Shown here: positions 52,586-63,193 of the stretch, one piece after another
Numbering within the stretch: position 1 is the stretch's first letter
Layout of the letters: every line of letters starts with the position of its first letter
Virus record (IMG/VR): IMGVR_UViG_3300021420_000014
Direction: 5' to 3' (one strand)
DNA: 64,000 bases
DNA from: a virus
The notes under the pieces: model-generated
The model's input: the letters and a program-made list of their open reading frames with translations, nothing else
What the model was told of the DNA's origin: nothing
Databases searched by the model: none
Made by a program: the position numbers and the translations under genes

Positions 52586-53668
52586 ATGGTTTTTTCCATC
52601 AACAAGTCTGCCCAGAATAAAGCCGTAGAGGCGCATGGCGCATATTTTTCAGGTGATCCTGCCACAGCTGCCGTGCTTTATCGAGACGCCTACGAACTCG
52701 ATCCCACGCCAGAACGCGCCTACGACATAGGCATTGCACTTAGCCATAGCGGCGGATTTGACGAAGGGCTGCATTGGCTGAGCATTGCTTATAAAGGTCG
52801 ACCAGAAAAGTACCGTGGCGCATACGGTGAAGCGCTTTTCCGTGATGGCCAGTGGCTCGAGGCCTGGAAGTACTGGTCTCCGCTGGTTGAGAATCCTTTT
52901 GAAGGTGGCGGCGAAAAGTGGCGTGGCCAGGACCTTACCGGCAAAGAAGTGCTCGTAGTTCCAGCCGGCGGATTTGGCGATATATTCATGCTCGCACGCT
53001 ACATTCCTGAAGTCGCGCGCCGGTTCAACTGCAACGTGAGTTTCGCGCCGACGTCTGACTTGGTTCCCGTGTTCTTGCGCCAACCTTCACTCGCCACCGT
53101 GAACATGAAGGACCACCGCAAGTGGGATATCTGGATTCATTTGTTCGAGTTCATGCAGCTCTTTCAGATGACGCCAGAAACGGTTTTGTGGAATGGCCCG
53201 TATATTGAGCCTATCAGCGTTCCGCGTACGCGCGGTCTTCGCATAGGTGCCAAACTCGGCGCAGGTGAGAAAGGCGACGTTTTCAAATTCCGTTCTGTCC
53301 CTACCTCGCTCGGCGATCGATTCATGGAGACAATTTACAATTACGGCGACGACAACGATGAAGTCATTCCGCTTACGTTAGGTAGCGGACTAATCCAAGA
53401 CTGGCGTGACACGATTGCGCTCATCTCTGCTTGCGATTTGGTTTTGAGTGTCGATACCGCAGTGTTGCACCTAGCTGGTGCAATGGGGAAACCGGCATGG
53501 GCGATACTTGGCGACTTTAACGATGCCAAGTGGGGGAAAGCAGGATCCTCGACACCGTGGTATCCCTCGATGCAAATTTTCCGTGGTGAAGGCAAAGGCT
53601 ACGAACATACTCTTGATCAGGTGACAGCGGCTTTGCGTGTTTGGCTGTTGCACCAAAAGGAGAACTAA
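52586..53668 (+). CDS. TPR + GT9-like glycosyltransferase
   Basis: GGFGDIF..RY, DLVLSVDTAVLHLAGAMG, TPWYPS. Confidence 0.85.
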   Translation: MVFSINKSAQNKAVEAHGAYFSGDPATAAVLYRDAYELDPTPERAYDIGIALSHSGGFDEGLHWLSIAYKGRPEKYRGAYGEALFRDGQWLEAWKYWSPLVENPFEGGGEKWRGQDLTGKEVLVVPAGGFGDIFMLARYIPEVARRFNCNVSFAPTSDLVPVFLRQPSLATVNMKDHRKWDIWIHLFEFMQLFQMTPETVLWNGPYIEPISVPRTRGLRIGAKLGAGEKGDVFKFRSVPTSLGDRFMETIYNYGDDNDEVIPLTLGSGLIQDWRDTIALISACDLVLSVDTAVLHLAGAMGKPAWAILGDFNDAKWGKAGSSTPWYPSMQIFRGEGKGYEHTLDQVTAALRVWLLHQKEN

Positions 53669-53669
53669 C

Positions 53670-54122
53670 TTGCGTAGATTCAATTTGACTGGAACGATTG
53701 CAGTGATGGCTAGCTCGTACAAGTCAGCTCTCTCCATTGCTGCAACTGCGGCTGTAACGCCGACGATCTATGACTTTACCGTTGGCACCTCGGGCACGCC
53801 GGCTGATAACTCGACACAGTGGGAAGCGATCCGTATGTCGGGCACAGTTGGCACTTCCACAGCCTCGGTGCCGAACCCGCTTGAAGCGAACGACGGCGCG
53901 TCAACCTCGATCGGTGCAACGAACTATACGGCCGAGCAGGGCACGCCAGGTGTGATCATATTCGGGCCGATGGACTTGAACATGCGCGCCACTTATCGGT
54001 GGGTCGCGGCACCTGGCGGCGAGTTGGTCACGCCTCCGACTGCGGCGAATACGATCAACCTCAGATCGCAGTCGAGCGCGTACACGGGCGTGTCGGACGC
54101 CCACTGTCATTTCTGGGAATGA
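53670..54122 (+). CDS. putative virion protein
   Basis: AAGGAG RBS, TTG start; Thr/Ser-rich; YRWVAAPGGEL. Confidence 0.6.
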   Translation: MRRFNLTGTIAVMASSYKSALSIAATAAVTPTIYDFTVGTSGTPADNSTQWEAIRMSGTVGTSTASVPNPLEANDGASTSIGATNYTAEQGTPGVIIFGPMDLNMRATYRWVAAPGGELVTPPTAANTINLRSQSSAYTGVSDAHCHFWE

Positions 54123-54193
54123 ATAAGTTATTTATTATCAACACTATATAACAATATTACCAAAATACTCCGGTCTGTGCTAAGCTTTCCGGC

Positions 54194-54721
54194 ATGCCAC
54201 ATGGATATAAGTGCCGCGAAGGTGAAACTCCCGAAGAAGCGACGAAGCGGTATATGCGCGAGTACCGCGCTGCTCATCGGGCACAACTCTCCGAATACGA
54301 ACGTGTCCGCTCAGCCAACCGCCGTCGAGATTCTCCGGAATATCGTCAGGCAGCTAATAATCGCGCCAGGCGTTGGGCTGAAAAGATGGGCAAAGAATAT
54401 ATTCATGAGCAGGCCCACGAACGTACCCGCGAACTCAAAAAAGAAGTTGTCGCTGCGTATGGTGGCAAGTGTACCTGTTGTGGTGAAGATAATTGGCAGC
54501 TTTTGACTATTCATCACATTGATGGTGAAGGCGCTGCACATAGAAAATCTCTATTTGGCAGCCGCACCGCGGCTGGCAATCGTTTTTATCGCTGGCTCAA
54601 AGCGCAAGGTTTCCCGAAGGATAATTTCGAGTTGAATTGTTGGAATTGCAACCTAGGCAAGGAATTGAATCACGGCATCTGTCCCCACCAAGCTCGGCGA
54701 GCGCAAGCGGCCTCTGCCTAA
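54194..54721 (+). CDS. HNH-like endonuclease
   Basis: YGGKCTCCGE..LTIHHI..CWNCN. Confidence 0.75.
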   Translation: MPHGYKCREGETPEEATKRYMREYRAAHRAQLSEYERVRSANRRRDSPEYRQAANNRARRWAEKMGKEYIHEQAHERTRELKKEVVAAYGGKCTCCGEDNWQLLTIHHIDGEGAAHRKSLFGSRTAAGNRFYRWLKAQGFPKDNFELNCWNCNLGKELNHGICPHQARRAQAASA

Positions 54722-54762
54722 TTTTGGTTCTAGCTGTTGCGTTATTCTGATACCCTCGGTGC

Positions 54763-55404
54763 ATGGGGCATCTTGAAGAGTTTTCCCGTTGGCCCGCCCA
54801 GCGCTTCATTGAAACCGGCGTCGGCGAAGGTAAGACACTTGCTGCGGCCGCGCAGGTTTATGCAGAGTGCATTTCCATAGAACTTCATCCAGTTCGTCAC
54901 AAGGCCGCTGTTGAACGCTTCAATGGTTTCTCCAACGTCAGCATATATTACGGCAATAGCCCAGACATCTTGCGCAAGGTAGTCGACCCGAAGATCTCTA
55001 CGGTCTTTTGGCTCGACGCGCATTTCGTCAAAGGCGACGCCGACTGGAAGAATGGCACTGCACCGAAAGAACACGGGCTCTGTCCGCTGGTCGAGGAGTT
55101 GCAGATCATCAAGGATCTCGAGTGGGCGACAAAACCTGTAATCCTCATCGATGACTGGAGCACCTTCCGGTTGACAGATTTCGGTTGGCCGACTCTAGCC
55201 TCACTAGATGAGTTGATGGGCGTGAAGCATCAGCGATTCACGGATCTCCCGGGCGGGGATGTATTCGGTTACGTGCTACCAACTCCGGCACAGCCAGCAC
55301 CGATGCGGCCGCGTGCAGACGTGATGGCTGACGTCAGGCTGTATTTGCCGCCGGTGTTGCGCGAAGAACTCGATCGGGCGAACGCCGAATTGGAGAAGGC
55401 GTGA
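54763..55404 (+). CDS. SAM-dependent methyltransferase-like protein
   Basis: FIETG..G, FWLDAH, ILIDD. Confidence 0.75.
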   Translation: MGHLEEFSRWPAQRFIETGVGEGKTLAAAAQVYAECISIELHPVRHKAAVERFNGFSNVSIYYGNSPDILRKVVDPKISTVFWLDAHFVKGDADWKNGTAPKEHGLCPLVEELQIIKDLEWATKPVILIDDWSTFRLTDFGWPTLASLDELMGVKHQRFTDLPGGDVFGYVLPTPAQPAPMRPRADVMADVRLYLPPVLREELDRANAELEKA

Positions 55405-55521
55405 CCAAGCTGGATCCGTGCACTAGGTGTGGGCGTCCCAGGACTGCAGGAGATGAACCATTTTTTCAATGCAGTCGTTGCCGACGAAGAGCGCGAGTGA
55501 TGCGCAAGAAGAAAGCCACAC

Positions 55522-55821
55522 ATGCTTAAACCTCAAGGCTACGGAATCATCACTGATCCCGGCGATCCAACTGGTCGCACGTACAAGATTCCCATCGAAC
55601 ACGAGACATGCACATGTAGCCATTGCAATAAAATTGTGATCATCCCGCCTGGATGGACGCCGAAGAACATGCCGAACCAGTGCAAGGGTTGCATGGGCTA
55701 TCTATGTCTTGGCTGTTGGGGCGCTCGCACGCTCGGCGCGCCGTGTGTGACTTGGCGTCAGCAAATTGATCGCATGCTTGAGAGGAACTACGCGCTGAGG
55801 TCTTACGGAATCGAGGTCTAA
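55522..55821 (+). CDS. Zn-finger hypothetical protein
   Basis: CSHC..CKGC..CLGC. Confidence 0.6.
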   Translation: MLKPQGYGIITDPGDPTGRTYKIPIEHETCTCSHCNKIVIIPPGWTPKNMPNQCKGCMGYLCLGCWGARTLGAPCVTWRQQIDRMLERNYALRSYGIEV

Positions 55822-55822
55822 C

Positions 55823-57010
55823 GTGAAACGATTTCTGCTCACAAGCGGTGCGTTGGTCCTGGCGGCTATTGTGCTCTCGCTTTTGATACCTTCGCCGCGG
55901 CGAATGTCCGCGCAGACCAACGTCACGATTCCACAGAACTTCGCAAACGTGCTGTGCATCGATTCGTCTGGCTCAGGAACGGTGCAAAGCTGTTCGACAA
56001 CGCCGAGTTTCACAGCCGGCGACAATTCCGCGATTCTTTACGAAACGACGACGGCCAATACTGGCGATGTGACCATTGCCGTCAATGGTGGGTCTGCGCA
56101 GCACGTTCGCAAATGGCTTGGCGCATCAGTTTTGGCAGCTGGAGATCTGCCAGCCAACACGCCGATGTGGATCGTGAACGATGGTACGTATTGGGAGTTA
56201 TCAACGATCGGGAATGTTCCGGGTAGTTCTGCTCCTGGGTGGCTTTCATATTACGGTGACGGCTCAGACGGAGCCTTAACCGATAGTTCTAGCGGAAATC
56301 GCTCAGGCATTTTTTACGCCACGACCTATACCTGCTCGGGTACTACGACAGTAACGAGTAATTTGTTGAACTCCTCGTTAATCATTCGCGCTACCGTATC
56401 TATCACTATCGGTGCGGCTTGTTCATTCGTGGCGACCGGAGAAGCTAATGGAGCAAGTGATTCTGGAGGCGCTGGCGGTGGTGGAGGTGGCGGCACTGCT
56501 GCAGGAGGAAATGGATCTTCAAACAAGGGTTTATCGGCGGGAAGTCAAGTTACGATTGTGTTAGGGGGTTCTGGTGGGGGATCGAGTGGTGGAACCGGAG
56601 GCGTTGGAGCTGCTCCGTCTACCAACGTTATTCGATCTCTTTTAGAAGGTGGTATTGCTACTACTGATTACGTTATGGGCGGGGGTGCAATAGGTGGTAC
56701 AGGAGGTAGCAGCGGTGGTGCGGGTGGAAATGGTGGTGGTGTAATGATTTTCGTTGCGCCAAAGATTACTTTGGCATCAGGGGCTTCGTTTACATCGAAT
56801 GGTTCCCCTGGAAGCAATTCTGGAGCGAATACTCAAGGCGCGGGAGGTGGTGGAGGTGGTGGCGTGATTATTATTCGCTCGCCAAACCTCACTGATAGTG
56901 GGGCAACTTTTAGTGTTGCAGGAGGAGCAGCGGGAAGTTGTCTCTCATTCACAACTTGCGGTCCTGGCGGTGCAGGCGGCGCAGGCTGGAGCAAAGAGAT
57001 CACGCAATGA
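55823..57010 (+). CDS. Gly-rich protein with N-terminal signal peptide
   Basis: MKRFLL..SAQ; GDGSDG; GGGGGG repeats. Confidence 0.75.
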   Translation: MKRFLLTSGALVLAAIVLSLLIPSPRRMSAQTNVTIPQNFANVLCIDSSGSGTVQSCSTTPSFTAGDNSAILYETTTANTGDVTIAVNGGSAQHVRKWLGASVLAAGDLPANTPMWIVNDGTYWELSTIGNVPGSSAPGWLSYYGDGSDGALTDSSSGNRSGIFYATTYTCSGTTTVTSNLLNSSLIIRATVSITIGAACSFVATGEANGASDSGGAGGGGGGGTAAGGNGSSNKGLSAGSQVTIVLGGSGGGSSGGTGGVGAAPSTNVIRSLLEGGIATTDYVMGGGAIGGTGGSSGGAGGNGGGVMIFVAPKITLASGASFTSNGSPGSNSGANTQGAGGGGGGGVIIIRSPNLTDSGATFSVAGGAAGSCLSFTTCGPGGAGGAGWSKEITQ

Positions 57011-60000
57011 AAAAGTTTTTGGGACTTATTGTTGTCTTTTTGGCTACCGTGCCGTTCAGTTTTGCAATGTGTCCTGGCAGTGCTCCTGCGATCACATCTG
57101 GTCCTTCGGCGTCAATTTCTGGACTAGACGCAACGATAAGTTGGAATACGGATTCGCTGTCAACTTCCGAAGGGAGTTACGGTGATCTTGGTTATACAAA
57201 CGATTCGGGTAGCGTGTGGATTGCGCAAGACCAATCTGTAGGGGTTACTAGTCACAGTATTGTATTTCATAACGCGTTATTGACTACTGGCCAAAGTACT
57301 ATCCAATATTGGGTGACTTCGCGGTGTATCGTTGCAGGCACTCCCAGTTGGGCTTTGATCGCGCAGTCAGCGGCTCACACATTTGCTCTGTCCTCTGGTG
57401 GGCCAACCATTACAGCAGGGCAGCTCGTTACGGCGCTTGGTAGTCCTTTGCGGCCGGTGTTTCCCGTTTATGACGGTGTGCACCCAGGTTATCAGGTAAC
57501 GCCTGGGCAAGGCTTCGTAGTTCAATTTAATTCGTTTGGCACAACCCTTCCCAGTAGTGGCTACGTGTTCAGTGATGGTACTGGGACGACCATGAATTAT
57601 GTTTTTTCGGGGACGGCCTTCAACTACATCACAAGCATGAGAGGCTGGTCGTCTGGTGGAGCCATCTTTGATGGCGGAAGTTTACCAACCAGCGCCCTAA
57701 ATGCCCTCAAGCTAGGGGGGCAGTGCAACACCGTAAGTGTGATAGTTGCGTGTGGCAACGTCGATTTTGTTTTGTCTCCCACCACGCCGACAGGCGGAGC
57801 GAACTGTACCAATAATGGCGGAATAGATTTAGGCGGAGGTCGCTGCGCTTACACTTTGGTCATCACAGAAACTTCGGGCGACACGAATTGCATTTATAAC
57901 GGAGGTTCGACTCTTACTTGCAACACCGCAACCGCCAGCGGCTACGTAATCGCGAATAGCACGCCGGCGCTTCCCGTTGGTCCGGGCTGGGCGGGAGAGG
58001 CCGACATCCCTTGTCGAACACGGGCCACGATGTTTACTGATAATTGTCAGTGCCTGATCTCCTCAGGTGATACGAACTGTACAACGGCTGCTCTGTGCCC
58101 AGACATAATGTCGAGTACTTGTTACTATTCTTACGAGAGTCTCATCCACAACAATCCGGCGCAGAAAGACAACACTTGGGCCGAAATTTGGGGTTTATCC
58201 ACCTACCACTTTGCTGTCAGCGGAAATCCCAACTGGTTTTACGAAGCCTGTCATGTAGATCATCTGTTGGCGGCCTACACGGGCCAGAACGCTCAATGGA
58301 ACAACGTCTCGCAATATTGCTTACATACGATGCGAGACATTCAGCAATATCCGCCCACGCTAGAGACTGTCACCTCGACAAATTCCTTTACGGTGACCGG
58401 GAACGGTGCTCCTACCCAAAATGCCGTCGATTCGTGCGCCACAATTTTGACAAATAGTACCGGCACTCAGGTTTGTGCGACGTATACCGTGCCGACTGCA
58501 GCTACTCTCTCTGGTCTAGTGTCAGGTTTGGCGTCTGGGTATCAATACCTTGCTGTTGATACCAATTTTAACAGCTCTGCCTGCCCCCAGCATTGCGGTG
58601 CGGATTGCCAGGTGTTGAGCGCCGTGAGTGGAACGAGCTTCACAACCGAATGTGTTCTCGGCAGCACGCCTGGAACTACCGATACGTGGACTATCGTGCG
58701 CCTGTTGAGCAACCTGACGGCGACAGCCGGCACAACCGGAACTTCGCTTGTGTGTTCGACTTGTGATTTTGCGGGGATGTTTACTATCAGTCCTACTTCG
58801 GGACACGCCGGCACAAGCTACGCCGTAGGCGATGTGGTGACGATCACGGCGCAAGGCGATACCGCGACAGTGTATGTCGTCAACAGTGGTGCGGTTGTTT
58901 CTCTCGTCCCGAACGCGGCACAGGCATACGTCATTGGTTCCGGTTTGGCCACGACGACAGGAGGTTCAGGCAGCGGCTTACAAGTGGACATAAGTCTGGC
59001 ACCGCAAACGGCCTATATCGTAAGCGGCGTGTCGAACGAGTGGGATGGCATAGCTACTTCGCCGGGGGCAAAAGTAAGCAGCGTAAACGTCAGCACTCAC
59101 ACGGTTACGCTATCGAGTTCGATCACCGGATTAGCCAGCAGTTCCGTTTTTCAAATCCGCACTTGGATAGGACCAGGTGGCGGTGCAGCCATTTATAACT
59201 GGCCAATCCAGCTTCAGGATGTGTGGAACAGCCAAGGTGACTACATTTCTCTCGACATGATCAATCTCATGTCGGTCACGGACAACCCCGGAGGTATTCC
59301 GGCGCTTTATGAGAATCAGCGAGAACTGGCTATAGAGATTCGTAGCTGCCAAATTATTTTGGATATTCGCAATACCGCGGCGGGGACGTTAGCTGCTCAG
59401 TTGCCTTCCTCAGTCTGTACAGATCCCGTTCAAATGGCAATGTTGGTCGATGCGGAGTTCTCGCAGATCGACTGGCTTGTAAACAATTCCGGCAATTCCA
59501 ATCCTTCGGCAGTCATCATCGGAGGCAATGGAACTAATAACGATACGTTTCTAAGCGGCGTGCAGATGTACTCGGTTCAAAGGATACTCAACGATCCTTT
59601 GGTTTACTCTGCCACTGATCCGCGAGGGCCGTACTGGATAAAGACTTATGCCGATTATCTCTACGTTAACGGCTACAGTTACGTTAATCCGGCCTGTGGT
59701 GCCTACTTATTTCACGAATGGGCTTACGAATTTGAATCTCCACACATGGGCTTGTGCACGGTATTGGGCGGCTCTCTTCCTATAAATGTTTCAGGGACTC
59801 CCGTACAGAATGTTTGGAGTGAGCAGGCTCTAATCTGGCCTGCTTTTGCATGGTTATGCAATAAAACTGGAGCGGCACTTATCCCCACGACATCGGTCAG
59901 TTATTGCGCGGCCTTCAACGATATGTTCCGGTACGGCACGGTCTACTCTATTCAGGCGATTGACAGTGCGGTGGCGCCGGGACCAAAAACGATAGGACAG

Positions 60001-60108
60001 ATGGGTCTCTGGATGTTCGGAGATCCAGCCAGGCAAGATGCTTTTGATTGGATGACTCAGGCCAGCGTACTTCCCGGTTCTGATGACGGTCCGGTAATCA
60101 CCTTCTAA
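57007..60108 (+). CDS. large Cys/Thr-rich protein with signal peptide, ends VITF
   Basis: MKKFLGLIVVFLATVPFSFA; Fn3-like N-terminus. Confidence 0.75.
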   Translation: MKKFLGLIVVFLATVPFSFAMCPGSAPAITSGPSASISGLDATISWNTDSLSTSEGSYGDLGYTNDSGSVWIAQDQSVGVTSHSIVFHNALLTTGQSTIQYWVTSRCIVAGTPSWALIAQSAAHTFALSSGGPTITAGQLVTALGSPLRPVFPVYDGVHPGYQVTPGQGFVVQFNSFGTTLPSSGYVFSDGTGTTMNYVFSGTAFNYITSMRGWSSGGAIFDGGSLPTSALNALKLGGQCNTVSVIVACGNVDFVLSPTTPTGGANCTNNGGIDLGGGRCAYTLVITETSGDTNCIYNGGSTLTCNTATASGYVIANSTPALPVGPGWAGEADIPCRTRATMFTDNCQCLISSGDTNCTTAALCPDIMSSTCYYSYESLIHNNPAQKDNTWAEIWGLSTYHFAVSGNPNWFYEACHVDHLLAAYTGQNAQWNNVSQYCLHTMRDIQQYPPTLETVTSTNSFTVTGNGAPTQNAVDSCATILTNSTGTQVCATYTVPTAATLSGLVSGLASGYQYLAVDTNFNSSACPQHCGADCQVLSAVSGTSFTTECVLGSTPGTTDTWTIVRLLSNLTATAGTTGTSLVCSTCDFAGMFTISPTSGHAGTSYAVGDVVTITAQGDTATVYVVNSGAVVSLVPNAAQAYVIGSGLATTTGGSGSGLQVDISLAPQTAYIVSGVSNEWDGIATSPGAKVSSVNVSTHTVTLSSSITGLASSSVFQIRTWIGPGGGAAIYNWPIQLQDVWNSQGDYISLDMINLMSVTDNPGGIPALYENQRELAIEIRSCQIILDIRNTAAGTLAAQLPSSVCTDPVQMAMLVDAEFSQIDWLVNNSGNSNPSAVIIGGNGTNNDTFLSGVQMYSVQRILNDPLVYSATDPRGPYWIKTYADYLYVNGYSYVNPACGAYLFHEWAYEFESPHMGLCTVLGGSLPINVSGTPVQNVWSEQALIWPAFAWLCNKTGAALIPTTSVSYCAAFNDMFRYGTVYSIQAIDSAVAPGPKTIGQMGLWMFGDPARQDAFDWMTQASVLPGSDDGPVITF

Positions 60109-60458
60109 TGAGTTTCCTTCTCCAAGACTCCGGCGCTGCTATCTGGCTCGTGGACGTTACAGATCAAGGTTTGTTGAAAGCGACCGCGAGTTCTGGAACA
60201 CCGGTTGTCGTGAATCTGAGTGACGTGAACGGCAATGCCTGGGGTGTGCAGGTTACGACGCAAGGCTATCTTGAAGCGGTCTCGGTTGCGGGCAGTGCTT
60301 TTACTTATCCGATCTCGAAGCCGATGCAAAGCTCTGGCGGCTTCCAGTTCAACCTGAAGATTTTCTTGGATCAGAATAACGTTGGCAACTTGGGCACCGT
60401 GCTCGTGCCAAGCCAGCTTGTGCCGACGCAGTCGATGGACTGTGTAGTTTGGTACTGA
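60108..60458 (+). CDS. small beta-rich protein (paralog of 62777)
   Basis: LSDVNGNAW..YPIS..QSSGGFQFNL. Confidence 0.65.
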   Translation: MSFLLQDSGAAIWLVDVTDQGLLKATASSGTPVVVNLSDVNGNAWGVQVTTQGYLEAVSVAGSAFTYPISKPMQSSGGFQFNLKIFLDQNNVGNLGTVLVPSQLVPTQSMDCVVWY

Positions 60459-60463
60459 CCCCG

Positions 60464-62776
60464 ATGATCAAGAAACTCTGCTACGCACTCGTGATTTCCT
60501 ATATTGCGACGACTGCGGTTGTGTATTTTGGTTCGCACCGGAAAGTTACGTTTGCGCAAGCATTGACCTTCTGCGCCTTGAGCCAGAATTGCACGTGGAC
60601 GGGGAATAACGCGATGTCATCCGTCAACAATATAATTTACGTTGATGGGTGTTCGGGAGGTACGAAGTATCCGTGCACGGCGGCTGGCATAAATTCAGCC
60701 CTTACCGCTTCCGCAAACGGGCAAGAGACATGGGTTTCTACCAATCTATCGACCATAACTTTGACTGATGCGCTCATTACGCTGAACAAGCACAACCGAC
60801 TTTATCTGGCTGGCCAGGGAACCTATGTGGTGGGGACCGCGAGTGCGGCTTACACGACCACGCCAGCGATTACTGTTCCTGACTCCTCGACGGACGTAAC
60901 AGCGGATTCAGCTATATTTTGTCCTGACCATGCGAAGATTCAGCTTGCGGCAGGAGCCAACCGCGACATCATCGCGGATCAGAACTTCTTCTCGCTGACC
61001 GGAACGTCGAACCAATTCGGCACCTTCAAATTCACGACTCAGGGCTGCACGCTCGATGGGAATAAGACGAATGAGGCTGCACTGGTAACGACAGGCACTT
61101 GCATTCCCTTAAACGTGACGCGCTCCAGTGGCGGTCTTGCCACGATCAACTGCTCGAATACTCCGAGCCCAGCATTCCTGGCTGGCTACGCCGTGGACGT
61201 AGCAGGCGTGGCTACTGACGGCTTTACCTTCAATGGACATTTTATTGTTCAGAGCGCTACCGCGACGCAGATTACTTTCAACGATAATCAGTGCATCGTT
61301 CAAACCTCGTGTCATACGACCGCGCTCACGACTCAGCCCGTGGCGATAGCGATTACCGGATGTACTGCATCCGGTTTCACGGCGACGTGCAACACGGGAT
61401 CGGCGCATGGATTCGTGCCCCAGCAAAACGTCACCATGTCCGGGCTTACGCCAGCCGGTTACAATGGCACGTTTTTACTGGTAAGCGCGAGTGGCACCTC
61501 GTTTACTTACGTTCCACTGACGAGCGGCTTAGGGGCATCCGGCACAGGCACGGCTACTCCTGTAATAACCGCGATTGGTTATGGCGGCGCGGGCGGGATC
61601 AAGATTTACGGTCGGCGTTCAATCTTCCGCGATACGGTTGTCGCTAACAACACGTGCGACGGGCGATGGGATGAAGGTGTAAACCCGCCAGCCTTCGGCG
61701 ACGATACAACGCAGCTAATTTCCACCTATACCGACATTCAAGATATGAACTCCGGCTGCGATGGATGGGTGTTTTGGGGACCGCAGAGTTCAAATTTCGT
61801 AAATGTAGATGATTTCAATCACGGCCATTGGGGAATAGAAGCCTTCCAGACCTTGTGGGGCAAGGGAGGAACTTCGTACCTAAATGGTTCGGGCGGAATA
61901 CATGATTTTGCTGCCGATGTGCAGTTAACGAATAGGCAGGATGCTTCTGCCGTGGGATGGGGCATACTCACCGAACCTACAGCCTCTCAGTTTGTTATGT
62001 CTGGATCTTCACTATCCGCCCCGATAGGAATTGAGTTCCGCAATCCTGGTAACACCTTTCAAGGGCTGATTCTAAACAGTGCTCTGGGAATGAAGTTTAA
62101 CGGCGGATCAGTCAACGCCCAAATAAATATCTTCACCGTCACGACTTGGTTTGATTGTACCAACGAAAATGCTCTTGTTATTTTGGACGTCAGCTACGGG
62201 AGCACGGTCGGCACGATGAAGGGCACGAACTGTTGGACCGGCCAGGAAATGCTGCGGTTGCCTTTGACCGCTGGCAACACTACTGGCACGCAAATTCCTG
62301 GTAGCTTAAGCGGGTTTTTCATTGCAGGCTGGAATCCTCAGTTTCCGGCGACTAACAATACATTGGTTGCAAGCCCGAATGCTGGAACTGTTAGATCGTC
62401 TCTTCATATTAGCGACCAAGGAAGTGCCTGTACGAATGGCGAACTGGCTCTGAGCGCTGGCTGGGCCGTCACTGGATCGTCTAGCGTTACTGCCGCTGCA
62501 GGCAATGGCCAGACTTGCTCGTGGACGATCACTACCGGCACGACCACCAGTGCGAATCCCACCGTTACCGATACGCTGACTAATGCCCTGCCGACGGCAA
62601 CTACGGTATGCTGGATGATCGTGAACGGCGGTTCGCATACGCCGGTTGTGGGCGCGGGAACAGAAGACGCATTTCGGCAGACCACGTTGTCGGCTACTGC
62701 CCCAGTTTTTACATTCGAGGAAACGCCAACACCTGCTGGAACGACGTATTTCGTAACTCGTGGTTGCGGTCCTTAG
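60464..62776 (+). CDS. beta-helix/tailspike-like protein with signal peptide
   Basis: TLDGNK motif, repeated FNG.F.V modules, N-terminal hydrophobic segment ending FAQ. Confidence 0.7.
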   Translation: MIKKLCYALVISYIATTAVVYFGSHRKVTFAQALTFCALSQNCTWTGNNAMSSVNNIIYVDGCSGGTKYPCTAAGINSALTASANGQETWVSTNLSTITLTDALITLNKHNRLYLAGQGTYVVGTASAAYTTTPAITVPDSSTDVTADSAIFCPDHAKIQLAAGANRDIIADQNFFSLTGTSNQFGTFKFTTQGCTLDGNKTNEAALVTTGTCIPLNVTRSSGGLATINCSNTPSPAFLAGYAVDVAGVATDGFTFNGHFIVQSATATQITFNDNQCIVQTSCHTTALTTQPVAIAITGCTASGFTATCNTGSAHGFVPQQNVTMSGLTPAGYNGTFLLVSASGTSFTYVPLTSGLGASGTGTATPVITAIGYGGAGGIKIYGRRSIFRDTVVANNTCDGRWDEGVNPPAFGDDTTQLISTYTDIQDMNSGCDGWVFWGPQSSNFVNVDDFNHGHWGIEAFQTLWGKGGTSYLNGSGGIHDFAADVQLTNRQDASAVGWGILTEPTASQFVMSGSSLSAPIGIEFRNPGNTFQGLILNSALGMKFNGGSVNAQINIFTVTTWFDCTNENALVILDVSYGSTVGTMKGTNCWTGQEMLRLPLTAGNTTGTQIPGSLSGFFIAGWNPQFPATNNTLVASPNAGTVRSSLHISDQGSACTNGELALSAGWAVTGSSSVTAAAGNGQTCSWTITTGTTTSANPTVTDTLTNALPTATTVCWMIVNGGSHTPVVGAGTEDAFRQTTLSATAPVFTFEETPTPAGTTYFVTRGCGP

Positions 62777-63193
62777 ATGGCATTCAGCGTAGACGCATGG
62801 GGTCAGCCACCAACACCGCCGCAGACTAACTGGGCGGTCCTGCGCGCGCAGTATGCCATTCTCATAGCGGTCTCAGGGCAAGCCGCATTCGACCCGAATC
62901 CACATGGAACGTATATCCTCGGAGTGAACGACAGTGGTGACCTGACCATGACCCCGGCCACGAAGAGTCCGATCTTCCCGATCCTGAATGATTTGAGTGG
63001 CAATTCGTGGCAGCTGGGATCCTCGCTAAGCGGCGGGATCACGAATCAGCCAACTACCAATGGCGGCTATCCACTCTCGACAACGCTGCGAAGTCCGTCG
63101 GGCTTTCTCTATAACCTTTTCGTCCTGACTTCGGGGATGCTGCAGACGGTCAGGATTCCCGTTTTGCAGATGCGAGACGCGATCGTGTACTGA
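62777..63193 (+). CDS. small beta-rich protein (paralog of 60108)
   Basis: LNDLSGNSW..YPLS..RSPSGFLYNL. Confidence 0.65.
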   Translation: MAFSVDAWGQPPTPPQTNWAVLRAQYAILIAVSGQAAFDPNPHGTYILGVNDSGDLTMTPATKSPIFPILNDLSGNSWQLGSSLSGGITNQPTTNGGYPLSTTLRSPSGFLYNLFVLTSGMLQTVRIPVLQMRDAIVY

